From positions 202,678 through 266,677 of the forward strand of contig JAIPGN010000001.1 of the NCBI GenBank assembly GCA_021735685.1: a DNA stretch of 64,000 nucleotides, read 5' to 3'. This DNA comes from Patescibacteria group bacterium (GTDB taxonomy: Bacteria; Patescibacteriota; Patescibacteriia; UBA2591; UBA6264). Under the pieces are notes generated by a model that saw only the letters and a list, made by a program, of their open reading frames with translations, ran no database searches and was not told the DNA's origin. Shown here one piece after another: positions 45,484 through 54,296 of the stretch; positions within the stretch are counted from its first letter, which is position 1, and each line of letters begins with the position of its first letter. The position numbers and the translations under genes are program-made.

Positions 45484-47046
45484 ATGATGGCCAGATTTTC
45501 TAAATTAAAAGGAACAATTACTGGCGGAGCAATGATCATTGCTCTTTTTTCTGTTTTTAGCCGAATTTTAGGTCTTCTCCGAGATAGGTTATTGAGCAGT
45601 AGTTTTGGTGCCGGTCGGGTTTTAGATGCTTATTATGCATCTTTTCGTTTACCCGACTTAATTTTTAATACCCTTATTTTAGGGGCGCTTTCTTCGGCTT
45701 TCATCCCCATCTTTTTAAAATATTGGCAAAAAGATAAAGAAGAGGCCTGGCGAATAACTAATTCGGTTTTAAATATTTTATTACTTATTGTTTTGGGTTT
45801 GGCCACTTTAGCTTTTTTTCTAGCACCGACCTTGATTAGATATTTAGTGCCAGGTTTTGATTTAGAAACTCAGACTTTGACTGTTTCTTTAACTCGGATT
45901 ATGCTGATTGGCATTTTGTTTTTTACTTGCAGCAACATTGCCAGCAGTGTCTTGAATTCTTTTCGTCGTTTTTTAGTTTATAGTTTAGCGCCTTTAATGT
46001 ATAATCTGGGCATTATCTTCGGCATTATGGTTTTAGTGCCTCACACTTCTTTAGGTTTAAAGGGTTTAGCTTGGGGAGTTACTCTAGGAGCAGCTGGACA
46101 TTTTTTGATCCAATTGCCAGCTTTACTAAAAACTGGTTATCGCTGGCAACCGATCATTTCTTCTCATCAAGCTATTAAGAAGATAGTTAAATTAATGCTA
46201 CCTCGTTGTTTCGGCCTAGCAGTGAGTCAATTAAATTTCGTGGTTACCACTTTAGTGGCTTCTACTTTGACGGTGGGAGCGGTAGCAATTTACAGCTTGG
46301 CTTTCAATCTTTTTAATGTCCCTATTGGCATTTTTGGCATTTCTTTAGCTATTGCTATTTTTCCGGTTTTAAGTGGAAGCTTTGCCCAAGGGGATCAAAA
46401 AACCTTTGTTTCTCAAATGTCTAAAACCGTGCAAAGAATTATTTATTTAATTGTTCCGATTACTATTCTTTATTTAAGTTTAAGGGCTCAGATTGTTCGT
46501 TTAATTTTAGGGGCCGGGGTGTTTTCTTGGCGGGATACAGTTTTAACCGCTACTACCTTAGGATTTTTCTCTCTTTCTCTTTTAGCGCAAAGTTTAATTC
46601 CTTTATTTTCCCGTGCCTTTTATTCTTTACATGATACTTTGACCCCAGTTAAAATAGCAGTAGTTAGTTTTGGAGTTAATATTGTTGGCTGTTTTCTTTT
46701 GGGTCGTTGGATTGGAGTAGGGGGATTAGCTTTAGCTTTTTCTTTGGCTTCTTTTATAAATCTAATCTTACTGTATTACTTTTTTCATAAAAAAGCATTA
46801 CCCTTGCCAAACAAAAAGATAAGAATAACATTTTTGCGAGCCTTTGGGCTTTCTGCGATAATGTTAGTAATTGTTCAGCTAAGTAAAGGCTTATTTGGTT
46901 CTTTGGTTAATATGCAAACTTTTGTTGGGGTTTTGATTCAGACTGTTGTTTCAGGTTCAATTGGTCTTTTGTTTTACTTTGTGGCTAGCCTATTTTTGCA
47001 TTTTCCAGAAGTAGACATAATTAAACAATTTTTTAAAAGAAAATAA
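45484..47046 (+). CDS. murJ: Lipid II flippase MurJ (MviN)
   Basis: N-terminal FSRILGLLRDRLLSSSFGAG...DAYYASFRLPDL is characteristic of MurJ. 14 TM segments. Confidence 0.85.
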   Translation: MMARFSKLKGTITGGAMIIALFSVFSRILGLLRDRLLSSSFGAGRVLDAYYASFRLPDLIFNTLILGALSSAFIPIFLKYWQKDKEEAWRITNSVLNILLLIVLGLATLAFFLAPTLIRYLVPGFDLETQTLTVSLTRIMLIGILFFTCSNIASSVLNSFRRFLVYSLAPLMYNLGIIFGIMVLVPHTSLGLKGLAWGVTLGAAGHFLIQLPALLKTGYRWQPIISSHQAIKKIVKLMLPRCFGLAVSQLNFVVTTLVASTLTVGAVAIYSLAFNLFNVPIGIFGISLAIAIFPVLSGSFAQGDQKTFVSQMSKTVQRIIYLIVPITILYLSLRAQIVRLILGAGVFSWRDTVLTATTLGFFSLSLLAQSLIPLFSRAFYSLHDTLTPVKIAVVSFGVNIVGCFLLGRWIGVGGLALAFSLASFINLILLYYFFHKKALPLPNKKIRITFLRAFGLSAIMLVIVQLSKGLFGSLVNMQTFVGVLIQTVVSGSIGLLFYFVASLFLHFPEVDIIKQFFKRK

Positions 47047-47052
47047 GCAAAA

Positions 47053-47199
47053 AATTTCCAGAAAAAATTTGTTCAGCTTCTGCCTAGATCAAACCTAGGT
47101 AAATAATTCCCAAAATGTACGAGGTCGAACCTCGTACGTCGCATGGTTAAGCTGTTCTAGGGGCAAATGTACGAGGTCGAACCTCGTACATGTTTTTTT
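47053..47199 (+). repeat. P1 paired-palindrome element, extended copy B (leader AATTTCCAGAAAAAATTTGT..., then two 25-bp palindromes, then T8)
   Basis: Palindromes at 47115-47139 (one mismatch) and 47167-47191, followed by TTTTTTTT. It lies immediately after the murJ stop. Confidence 0.7.
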
Positions 47200-47268
47200 T
47201 GAATATTGACAAGTTGGCTATTTTTTGCTATTCTCGTAATATCTTTAAAAAATGCAAGGAGGTGCGCC

Positions 47269-47673
47269 ATGCTTTTATTTGCAGACGCAATTCTAGTTAT
47301 TTTTTTGCTTGGTTTAAGTAGAAAAATAACTTCACAGATTCAGATAGCGGAGTCTTTCCGCCGTTGTCGTTGCCAAAAAGAAGAGAATGAGGAAGAAGAG
47401 TCAGCGGAAAATCTATTTTTCTTAATTTTCAGTTGGCTTCTCTTTATTTCTTCTGCGATTTTCCTCCTTTTCTTCCCTAAAGATTTTTCATGGAGGGAAA
47501 CCGCTGTTTTGGTAGCTGCGTTCCAGTTTATTTTGAGTCTTTGTGGAATGTTTTTCCTGGGGCACAAGAAAGCGTTCCATGTAATTCTTAGCGAATATGG
47601 CTTTAAAGCTGTGTTCGCAGCCACGATCATTACTGGGGTTTTTGTTGCTTTTTTGTTAGCTATTTTTTCTTAA
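47269..47673 (+). CDS. Small polytopic membrane protein, hypothetical (134 aa, about 4 TM segments)
   Basis: AGGAGG RBS at 47254-47260, 6 nt before ATG 47269. Bracketed by P1 copies B and C. The TTG start at 47206 in the ORF track is rejected. Confidence 0.45.
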   Translation: MLLFADAILVIFLLGLSRKITSQIQIAESFRRCRCQKEENEEEESAENLFFLIFSWLLFISSAIFLLFFPKDFSWRETAVLVAAFQFILSLCGMFFLGHKKAFHVILSEYGFKAVFAATIITGVFVAFLLAIFS

Positions 47674-47691
47674 TAAAAAAGCATCAAGTAA

Positions 47692-47736
47692 GGGGTCTTT
47701 TTGAACGAAATTTCAAGAAGACCCTCCTTTTTTTTA
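47692..47736 (+). terminator. Intrinsic terminator (GGGTCTT ... AAGACCC stem followed by T8)
   Basis: AGGGGTCTTT-loop-AAGACCCTCC followed by TTTTTTTT directly after the small membrane-protein gene. Confidence 0.5.
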
Positions 47737-47754
47737 TTTAGAAATAAGTAAAAG

Positions 47755-47893
47755 AATTTCTAGAAAAAATTTGTCTAGACTTGTCTAAGCTGGGCTTATC
47801 CAAACAAATGTACGAGGTCGAACCTCGTACATCGCATGGTTAAGCTGTTCTAGAGGCAAATGTACGAGGTCGAACCTCGTACATATTTTTTTT
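47755..47893 (+). repeat. P1 paired-palindrome element, extended copy C
   Basis: Leader AATTTCTAGAAAAAATTTGT..., perfect palindromes at 47808-47832 and 47860-47884, then T9. The 78-bp core is about 97% identical to copy B. Confidence 0.7.
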
Positions 47894-47984
47894 GAGACAA
47901 AAGTTTTGGGGGCGAAATTTCCAAATCTTGTCAGCTCCTAAACTTTATCATTGTCCTGTCTCTTCGGCTTTAGTCTGTCTAAAA

Positions 47985-48013
47985 TTGACAGAAGGGTCAA
48001 AATATCATAAAAT
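47985..48013 (+). promoter_or_regulatory. Sigma70-like promoter upstream of lepA (TTGACA, 17 nt, TAAAAT)
   Basis: -35 at 47985-47990 and -10 at 48008-48013, 40 nt upstream of the lepA ATG. Confidence 0.5.
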
Positions 48014-48053
48014 TAGCTTAAGAAATTCAAAAGATTAAAAAAACAATTTTGGA

Positions 48054-49862
48054 ATGAAAAGAGAAAATATTAGAAATTTTTGCATTATTTCTCATGTAGA
48101 TCACGGCAAGTCAACTTTGGCGGATCGTTTTTTAGAAATTACAAATACTGTTGCTAAGGATAAAATCAATCCACAGTACTTAGATCGGATGCCTTTAGAA
48201 CAAGAAAGGGGAATTACAATCAAGTTGCAGCCAGTAACTATGCGTTATCAAGATCAGGGCGAAGGTTATATCCTGAATTTAATTGATACACCTGGCCACG
48301 TTGATTTTTCTTATGAAGTTTCTCGTTCTCTGGCGGCAGTAGAAGGAGCTATTTTGTTAGTTGACGCCGGGCAAGGCATTCAGGCTCAAACTTTAGCTAA
48401 TTTTTATTTAGCTCAAAAACAAGGTTTGAAAATTGTGCCCGTGATTAATAAGGTGGATTTGCCGAATCTAGACCTTGATTCTATTAAAGAAGAGTTGTCA
48501 GATTTAACTGGAGAGCCAGTTTCTGAAATTCTTTGTATTTCTGCTAAAACTGGTCAAGGGGTTGCAGAGCTTTTAAAGAAAGTAATTGATAAAGTGCCAG
48601 CTCCTTTAATTAATAAAGGTCAGGATTCTTCTTTATCTGCTTTAATTTTTGATTCATATTTTGATGAATATAAGGGAGTGGTAGCTTTTGTGCGAGTCTT
48701 TCAGGGTTTAGTGGAGGCGGAAAAGAAAATTAAATTTATGAGCAATCAAGTTGAATCAATTGCTTTGCAGGTTGGTTTATTTCGTCCAGATTTAACTCCT
48801 CAAGAAACTTTGGCTGCTGGAGAAATTGGTTATATTGTGACTGGCTTAAAAGACATTAGTAAGTGTCGAGTAGGTGATACTATTTTTTTGGCCGGGCAAG
48901 AAACGAAGATTTGTCCCGGTTATCAAGAGCCGCAACCCATGGTTTTTGCTGGAATTTATCCTCAGGATGGTAGCAAGCAAGGTAAACTAAGAAAAGCCTT
49001 AGACAAATTAAAACTCAACGATGCCAGTTTAATTTTTGAGCCGGAAGATTCTTCTGCTTTAGGGCCAGGATTTCGAGCTGGTTTTTTAGGATTGCTTCAC
49101 CTAGATATTGTCCGAGAAAGGCTGAAAAGGGAATATGGCATGAATTTAGTGATCACGCCACCAAGCGTTTCTTATCAGGTTTTCTTAGAAGGGAAGGAGA
49201 TGGAAGTAATCAAAAGCCCTAGCGCTTTTCCTGATCCTTCTCAGATAAAAGAGATTAAGGAGCCTTGGGTGAAAATAGATATTGTTTCTCCGCAGAAATA
49301 TTTTGGGCCTTTAATGGAATACATTGAAAGTTTAGGTAAAGCTCAATTTATTTCTTTAGAATATATAAAATCTTCTCAAAAAGAAAAAAGAGGCTTAATT
49401 CATTATGAAGCTCCTTTATCTTTACTCTTGGTTGATTTTTATGATAAAATAAAGGGGTTAAGTCGGGGTTATGCTTCTTATAGTTATCAGTTTTTAGAAT
49501 ATCGTTTGGCGGATGTAGCTAAGTTAGATATTTTGGTAGCTGGTGATCCAGTAGAACAATTAGCTACCATAGTTTATCGCGATCAAGCCTATTTTTCCGG
49601 TCGGCGTATTGTCAAAAAATTAAAGGAAATTCTTCCTCGGCAGATGTTTGAGATTAAGGTTCAAGCTGCGATTGGAGGCAAAATTTTAGCTTCAGAGAAA
49701 ATCTCTGCTTTAAGGAAAAACGTCACCGCTGGTTTATACGGAGGAGACGTTAGTCGAAAGCAAAAATTACTAAAAAAACAAAAGAAAGGTAAAAAGAAAA
49801 TGGAGCAATTGGGGAAAGTCAATATTCCTCCCGAGGCTTATTTGGCGACAATGTCTAAATAA
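48054..49862 (+). CDS. lepA: Elongation factor 4 (LepA)
   Basis: NIRNFCIISHVDHGKSTLADR is the G1 motif, DTPGHVDF is G3, NKVD is G4, plus a LepA-specific C-terminal domain. Confidence 0.95.
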   Translation: MKRENIRNFCIISHVDHGKSTLADRFLEITNTVAKDKINPQYLDRMPLEQERGITIKLQPVTMRYQDQGEGYILNLIDTPGHVDFSYEVSRSLAAVEGAILLVDAGQGIQAQTLANFYLAQKQGLKIVPVINKVDLPNLDLDSIKEELSDLTGEPVSEILCISAKTGQGVAELLKKVIDKVPAPLINKGQDSSLSALIFDSYFDEYKGVVAFVRVFQGLVEAEKKIKFMSNQVESIALQVGLFRPDLTPQETLAAGEIGYIVTGLKDISKCRVGDTIFLAGQETKICPGYQEPQPMVFAGIYPQDGSKQGKLRKALDKLKLNDASLIFEPEDSSALGPGFRAGFLGLLHLDIVRERLKREYGMNLVITPPSVSYQVFLEGKEMEVIKSPSAFPDPSQIKEIKEPWVKIDIVSPQKYFGPLMEYIESLGKAQFISLEYIKSSQKEKRGLIHYEAPLSLLLVDFYDKIKGLSRGYASYSYQFLEYRLADVAKLDILVAGDPVEQLATIVYRDQAYFSGRRIVKKLKEILPRQMFEIKVQAAIGGKILASEKISALRKNVTAGLYGGDVSRKQKLLKKQKKGKKKMEQLGKVNIPPEAYLATMSK

Positions 49863-49872
49863 AATATTTTAT

Positions 49873-50283
49873 ATGCCTAGAGAAAAGGAAAAAGAAGTTT
49901 CTTCTTTCAAAAGAATAATTTCAGCTAAAGGATCTTTTTATTTTTTAATTTTATTATTATTATTGGCTCTTTTTTATTTAGTTAAAGAGATAAGATATCG
50001 ACAACTTTTAGTGGAGGAATTAAATTATGTTAAGGAGCAAGTTCAAGAGGAAGAAACGGAAAAGCAAAATTTAATTGAGGATTTGGAAAAGATTAAAAGT
50101 GATTATTTTAAAGAGAAGGCGGCCCGTTTGAATCTAGGCCTGCAAATGCCAGGAGAAAAGGCGGTGGTTGTTATTCCACCAGAAGATTATCAGGCGGAAG
50201 AAAAGGATATAACTTCTTCTTCTGAAGGCTCCTGGAATCTTAAATCTTGGTGGGATTATTTTTTCAAAAGATCTAATCATTAG
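49873..50283 (+). CDS. Septum formation initiator family protein (FtsB/DivIC-like)
   Basis: Single N-terminal TM, a coiled coil and a KAARLNLGLQMPGEKAVVV C-terminal motif typical of FtsB/DivIC. Confidence 0.6.
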   Translation: MPREKEKEVSSFKRIISAKGSFYFLILLLLLALFYLVKEIRYRQLLVEELNYVKEQVQEEETEKQNLIEDLEKIKSDYFKEKAARLNLGLQMPGEKAVVVIPPEDYQAEEKDITSSSEGSWNLKSWWDYFFKRSNH

Positions 50284-50871
50284 TTGATGGATTTTATTAA
50301 ATTCTTAGATCATTCTTTATTTTTTTGGGTTAATGATTGGGTGGGTCAGTTTATGCTTTTGGATTTTTTTGCTATTTTCTGTGCTGATTTTTTGATTTTC
50401 TTTGTTATTTTATTAAGTATTCTTTTTTATTTTTTGAAACGAAGAGATCGCTTAGTTTCTGTCTTTTTGAAGATTATCATTGGTGTACTTTTTGTTTATC
50501 TGGTTAGTATTTTTCTGGGATATATTCTCGGATTTTTTTATTTACGACAACGTCCTTTTTTAGCTTATCCTTCCATTATTCATTTAACTGATTTTTTAGC
50601 TTCTGCTCATAAATTTTCTTTCCCCTCTGATCATACAGCTGTTTCTTTAGTGATAGCTTTATTAATTTTTAAAGATTGGCCTCAGTGGGGTCGAGTTTTA
50701 ATTGGCAGTGCAATTTTAATTGGACTGTCTCGTGTTTTTGTAGGCGTGCACTATCCTCTAGATATTTTAGGTGGAGTTTTAAATGCTTTTTTAGCTTTTA
50801 CAATGGTGCGTTTAATTTTTAAAAAAAAGAGAAGCTCTGAAAATAAACAGAACTTCTTGGATAAGGTGTAA
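50284..50871 (+). CDS. PAP2 family phosphatase (undecaprenyl-diphosphatase-like)
   Basis: Carries the three PAP2 motifs (YLRQRP, the PSDH box in SFPSDHTAVS, and SRVFVGVHYPLD) across 5-6 TM segments. Confidence 0.8.
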   Translation: MMDFIKFLDHSLFFWVNDWVGQFMLLDFFAIFCADFLIFFVILLSILFYFLKRRDRLVSVFLKIIIGVLFVYLVSIFLGYILGFFYLRQRPFLAYPSIIHLTDFLASAHKFSFPSDHTAVSLVIALLIFKDWPQWGRVLIGSAILIGLSRVFVGVHYPLDILGGVLNAFLAFTMVRLIFKKKRSSENKQNFLDKV

Positions 50872-50878
50872 GAAAGAA

Positions 50879-50950
50879 TAGCAGGAGCGGGGATCGAACC
50901 CGCGACATGTGCCTTATGAAGACACCGCTCTGCCACTGAGCTATCCTGCC
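50879..50950 (-). tRNA. tRNA with CAU anticodon (elongator Met or Ile2/lysidine type)
   Basis: Reverse complement GGCAGGA-TA-GCTC-AGTGGCA-GAGC-G-GTGTC-TTCATAA-GGCAC-ATGTC-GCGGG-TTCGATC-CCCGC-TCCTGCT-A forms a cloverleaf with a G1-U72 wobble, a CAT anticodon and no encoded CCA. Confidence 0.8.
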
Positions 50951-50951
50951 A

Positions 50952-51026
50952 TGGTTGCGGGGACAGGATTCGAACCTGTATCCTCCAGGTTATGGGCCTG
51001 GCGAGCTGCCATTGCTCTACCCCGCG
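50952..51026 (-). tRNA. tRNA-fMet-like (CAU anticodon, C1:A72 mismatch, encoded CCA)
   Basis: Reverse complement CGCGGGG-TA-GAGC-AATGGCA-GCTC-G-CCAGG-CCCATAA-CCTGG-AGGAT-ACAGG-TTCGAAT-CCTGT-CCCCGCA-A-CCA. The unpaired C1/A72 is an initiator hallmark. One nucleotide separates it from the next tRNA. Confidence 0.8.
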
Positions 51027-51040
51027 TCAGGACATTTCCT

Positions 51041-51068
51041 ATTATAGCAAAGAAATATTTTTTGACAA
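51041..51068 (-). promoter_or_regulatory. Sigma70-like promoter for the tandem tRNA genes (minus strand: TTGTCA, 16 nt, TATAAT)
   Basis: On the minus strand, -35 TTGTCA lies at 51063-51068 and -10 TATAAT at 51041-51046. That is about 15 nt upstream of the tRNA-fMet 5' end. Confidence 0.45.
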
Positions 51069-51132
51069 GGTTTGCCTTAGGAAAGGATTTGTTTTCCCCT
51101 TTCTAATTTGTTAAAATATACAAATAGTTGTT

Positions 51133-52359
51133 ATGAAAAATGTTTCCTTTAATTCTCCTTTAGCTGACCGCATGCGTCCCGTTTCTTTTCAGGAATTTTT
51201 GGGGCAAAAAGAAGTAGTTGGCGAAACTGCTCTTTTGAAATCGGTAATTAAATCAAATCAATTACCTTCTTTAATTTTTTGGGGTCCGCCCGGTAGCGGG
51301 AAAACAACTTTAGCTTTTATTATTGCCGACCAATCGCAAGCTCAATTTGAAAAATTAAGTGCGGTCAGTTCTGGGATTAAAGAGCTAAAATCAGTTTTTA
51401 AAAAGGCTGAGGAGAATGCTCAAAATAATCAAAAAACTATTATTTTTGTTGACGAAATTCATCGTTGGCGAAAAAATCAACAAGACGCTCTTTTGCCTTA
51501 TGTAGAAGAGGGGAAGATTATTTTAATCGGAACTACTACCGAAAATCCGAGTTTTGAAATTACTAGCGCTTTGCTTTCTCGTTGTCGAGTTATTGTTTTA
51601 AAGGCTTTGGAAGAAAAACAAATAGAAAAAATTATTCAAAGAGCTTTAACTGACAAAAAAAGGGGGTTGGGAAAATTAAAGATAGAAATCAAACCAAGAG
51701 TGATTAGTTTTATTGCTCAAATGAGCAGTGGAGACGCACGAACTGCTCTTAATATTTTAGAATACGCTGTTTCTTCTCAATCTCAAAAAGAAAAGGGCAA
51801 AATAAAAGTTACAACAAAAGTAATCAAGGAGACTTTACAAAAATCTCATCTTTTTTACGACAAGAACGGAGAAGAACATTATAATATTATTTCTGCTCTA
51901 CATAAATCTCTACGAGGTTCAAATCCAGATGCAGCTCTTTATTGGTTGGCCCGGATGGTGGAGGCTGGTGAAGACCCTTTGTATATTGCTCGTCGTTTGA
52001 TCCGTTTTGCTGCGGAAGACATTGGTTTAGCTAATTCTCAGGCCTTAGAACAAGCTGTAGCTGCTTACCAAGCTTGTCATTTTATTGGTTTACCAGAAGC
52101 TAATGTAGTCTTAGCTCAGGCGGTTGTTTATTTAGCTAAATGTCGTAAATCTAATTTAATTTACTTAGCTTACAAAAAAGCAGCTCAAGATGTTCAAAAA
52201 TATGGTAATTTGCCGGTACCTCTTCATTTGCGTAACGCCGCTAGTGGTCTAATGGAAGACCTTGGTTATGGAAAGGGTTATCAATACAGCCCAGAGCACA
52301 ATTATCAAGAAAAGCAGGAATATTGGCCGGAAAAATTAAAAAATAAAAAATATTTATAA
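51133..52359 (+). CDS. rarA: Replication-associated recombination protein A (RarA/MgsA AAA+ ATPase)
   Basis: LIFWGPPGSGKTTLA is Walker A, IIFVDEIHR is Walker B, plus a C-terminal MgsA helical domain (YDKNGEEHYNIISALHKSLRGSNPDAALYW). Confidence 0.9.
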   Translation: MKNVSFNSPLADRMRPVSFQEFLGQKEVVGETALLKSVIKSNQLPSLIFWGPPGSGKTTLAFIIADQSQAQFEKLSAVSSGIKELKSVFKKAEENAQNNQKTIIFVDEIHRWRKNQQDALLPYVEEGKIILIGTTTENPSFEITSALLSRCRVIVLKALEEKQIEKIIQRALTDKKRGLGKLKIEIKPRVISFIAQMSSGDARTALNILEYAVSSQSQKEKGKIKVTTKVIKETLQKSHLFYDKNGEEHYNIISALHKSLRGSNPDAALYWLARMVEAGEDPLYIARRLIRFAAEDIGLANSQALEQAVAAYQACHFIGLPEANVVLAQAVVYLAKCRKSNLIYLAYKKAAQDVQKYGNLPVPLHLRNAASGLMEDLGYGKGYQYSPEHNYQEKQEYWPEKLKNKKYL

Positions 52360-52365
52360 AAAAAT

Positions 52366-52626
52366 ATGACATCCGTAAATCAAGAAAAAAATAAAAGAGA
52401 TTTGAGTCTGAGTGAATTGTCTAGATATTTGGGAGTTAATAAAAATAGAGTTCTTAAAAAAATTCGTCAAGAAAATATTAATTTGATCGAAAAAGAAGGA
52501 AGCTTGTTTTGCTCTCTTCAAGATTTGGACAAAATTGTAAAGATTTTTATTTCCCCGCAAAAAATTGCTCAGATTACAAAAAAAATGTTAGATGATTATG
52601 GGTCTCTATTTAAGCGTTTAAGTTAA
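52366..52626 (+). CDS. Small HTH protein, putative antitoxin partner of Doc
   Basis: LSLSELSRYLGVNKNRVLKKI is an HTH. Its stop is 4 nt before the Doc gene start. Confidence 0.4.
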   Translation: MTSVNQEKNKRDLSLSELSRYLGVNKNRVLKKIRQENINLIEKEGSLFCSLQDLDKIVKIFISPQKIAQITKKMLDDYGSLFKRLS

Positions 52627-52630
52627 TCTT

Positions 52631-53056
52631 ATGAAAAGAATTTTTTTAAGTGAAATTGAAATACTTTTTAATGATCTCAACCAAGGACTGAAAGAACGTT
52701 ATCATGAAAAAATGCCGAATTTTGAGACTCGCTATCGCAATGTTTTAGAAAGTTCTTTGGTGGTTCCTTTTGAAGAATTTGGAGGAAAGGCTTTTTATGA
52801 AAGTTTGCCGGAGAAACTAGCAATCATCTTTTATTTGTTGATTAAAAATCACGCTTTCCGAGACGGCAACAAGAGAATGGCTTTAGCTACTCTTTTGTTT
52901 TTCTTGGCTAATAATAACAAGTGGTTAAGAGCAGAAGAAGACGAATTGTATGATTTTATTTTATGGGTTACAGAAAGTAAACCGCAGAATAAAAATTACG
53001 TGTTGGCTGATATTGAAAAATTCATTATTGAACATTTAGTAAGTTATCATCATTAG
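52631..53056 (+). CDS. Doc/Fic-family toxin (death-on-curing)
   Basis: KNHAFRDGNKRMALATLLFFL matches the Doc HxFx(D/N)GNKR Fic-like active-site motif; 141 aa. Confidence 0.75.
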   Translation: MKRIFLSEIEILFNDLNQGLKERYHEKMPNFETRYRNVLESSLVVPFEEFGGKAFYESLPEKLAIIFYLLIKNHAFRDGNKRMALATLLFFLANNNKWLRAEEDELYDFILWVTESKPQNKNYVLADIEKFIIEHLVSYHH

Positions 53057-53065
53057 TTTAAAAAT

Positions 53066-53497
53066 ATGGAGAAAGTAAAATTTCAAGAATTATCCCCAGA
53101 ATATCAGCGATTAGTGGAAGCAGCTGAAGAGGCGCGAACGAAATCTTATAGCCCTTATTCTCAAATTAAAGTAGGGGCTGCTATTTTAAGCCAGGATCAA
53201 GAGGTGATTAAAGGAGCGAATATGGAAAACGCTTCTTTTCCTTTAAGTATTTGTGCCGAAGCTGCGGCTTTAGCTCAAGCCAATACTCGAGGAATATCTT
53301 CTTTTCAAGCCCTTGCTCTGATTAGCTCTTTGGAGAAAATAATCACTCCTTGTGGAGCTTGTCGTCAGATTTTAATTGAATTTTGGCAAAGATCTGGAAT
53401 TGATTTTGAAGTAATTATGAGCGGGCAAAAAAAGGAAGAGGTAAGGTTAGCCAAGGTTTCTGAACTCTTGCCTTGGTCTTTTGGCATTGATGAATAA
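53066..53497 (+). CDS. cdd: Cytidine deaminase
   Basis: SICAEAAAL and PCGACRQ are the zinc-binding CDA motifs; 143 aa. Confidence 0.85.
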   Translation: MEKVKFQELSPEYQRLVEAAEEARTKSYSPYSQIKVGAAILSQDQEVIKGANMENASFPLSICAEAAALAQANTRGISSFQALALISSLEKIITPCGACRQILIEFWQRSGIDFEVIMSGQKKEEVRLAKVSELLPWSFGIDE

Positions 53498-54296
53498 AAA
53501 CAAAATGATTGACACTCACGCCCATTTAAATTTTGAAAATTTCTCTTCTGATTATTCAGAAGTTATTAAACGGTCCTTAGAAAATAATGTCCGTTTAATT
53601 ATTAATGTAGGAACAAATTTAGTGACCAGCCAAAAAGCTGTTGATTTAGCTGAAGAGAATGAAAGTTGTCGGGCGACGGTTGGTTGCCATCCTTTAGAGA
53701 TTGAAGAGGGAAATTTCGATCTAGAGCAATATCGAAATTTGATTATTGAAAATCAGAATAAAGTTAAGGCAGTAGGAGAGATCGGATTGGATTATTACTA
53801 TTCACAGAAGGAAAAAGTTCAACAAAAAGAAATTTTGATTAGGCAAATTAGCTTAGCTCAAGAATTTAAGTTGCCTTTAATTTTACATTGCCGAGGAGAC
53901 AAAGAGAAACCTTTTGAAGCTTATCAGGAATTATTAGAAATTTTAAAGAAAGATTCTTTTTCTGGAATAAAAGGAGTAGCGCATTGCTTTGGGGCAAATT
54001 GGAGCTTAGCAAAAAAATTCTTAGATTTAGGTTTTTTAATTAGCTTTACTGGCATAGTTACTTTTAAAAATGCAGGAGATCAGCTCTTAGAAGTAGTTAA
54101 GAAAGTGCCTTTAGATAAATTTTTATTAGAAACCGATTCTCCTTATTTAGCGCCAGCACCTTATCGCGGACAGCGTAATGAACCATCTTATATTCCTTTA
54201 ATTGCCCAAAGAATAGCGGACTTAAAGGAAGTCTCTCTGGAAGAGGTGAGTAAAGTCACTACGCTCAGTGCTCAGAAATTATTTAACCTTTCTTAA
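53481..54296 (+). CDS. TatD family metal-dependent DNase/hydrolase
   Basis: N-terminal IDTHAHL, then GEIGLDYY, LHCR and the D at the end of ETDSPY follow TatD motif order. Confidence 0.9.
   Translation: MALMNKNKMIDTHAHLNFENFSSDYSEVIKRSLENNVRLIINVGTNLVTSQKAVDLAEENESCRATVGCHPLEIEEGNFDLEQYRNLIIENQNKVKAVGEIGLDYYYSQKEKVQQKEILIRQISLAQEFKLPLILHCRGDKEKPFEAYQELLEILKKDSFSGIKGVAHCFGANWSLAKKFLDLGFLISFTGIVTFKNAGDQLLEVVKKVPLDKFLLETDSPYLAPAPYRGQRNEPSYIPLIAQRIADLKEVSLEEVSKVTTLSAQKLFNLS

Noticed and set aside
47206-47268. TTG start of the small membrane-protein ORF
   Set aside because: A strong AGGAGG RBS sits 6 nt upstream of ATG 47269. The TTG lies within promoter-like sequence (TTGACA).
50751-51106. ORFs 50751..50936 (-) and 50909..51106 (+) from the six-frame track
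   Set aside because: Both lie across the two tRNA-CAU genes and their promoter and are translation artefacts of structured RNA genes.
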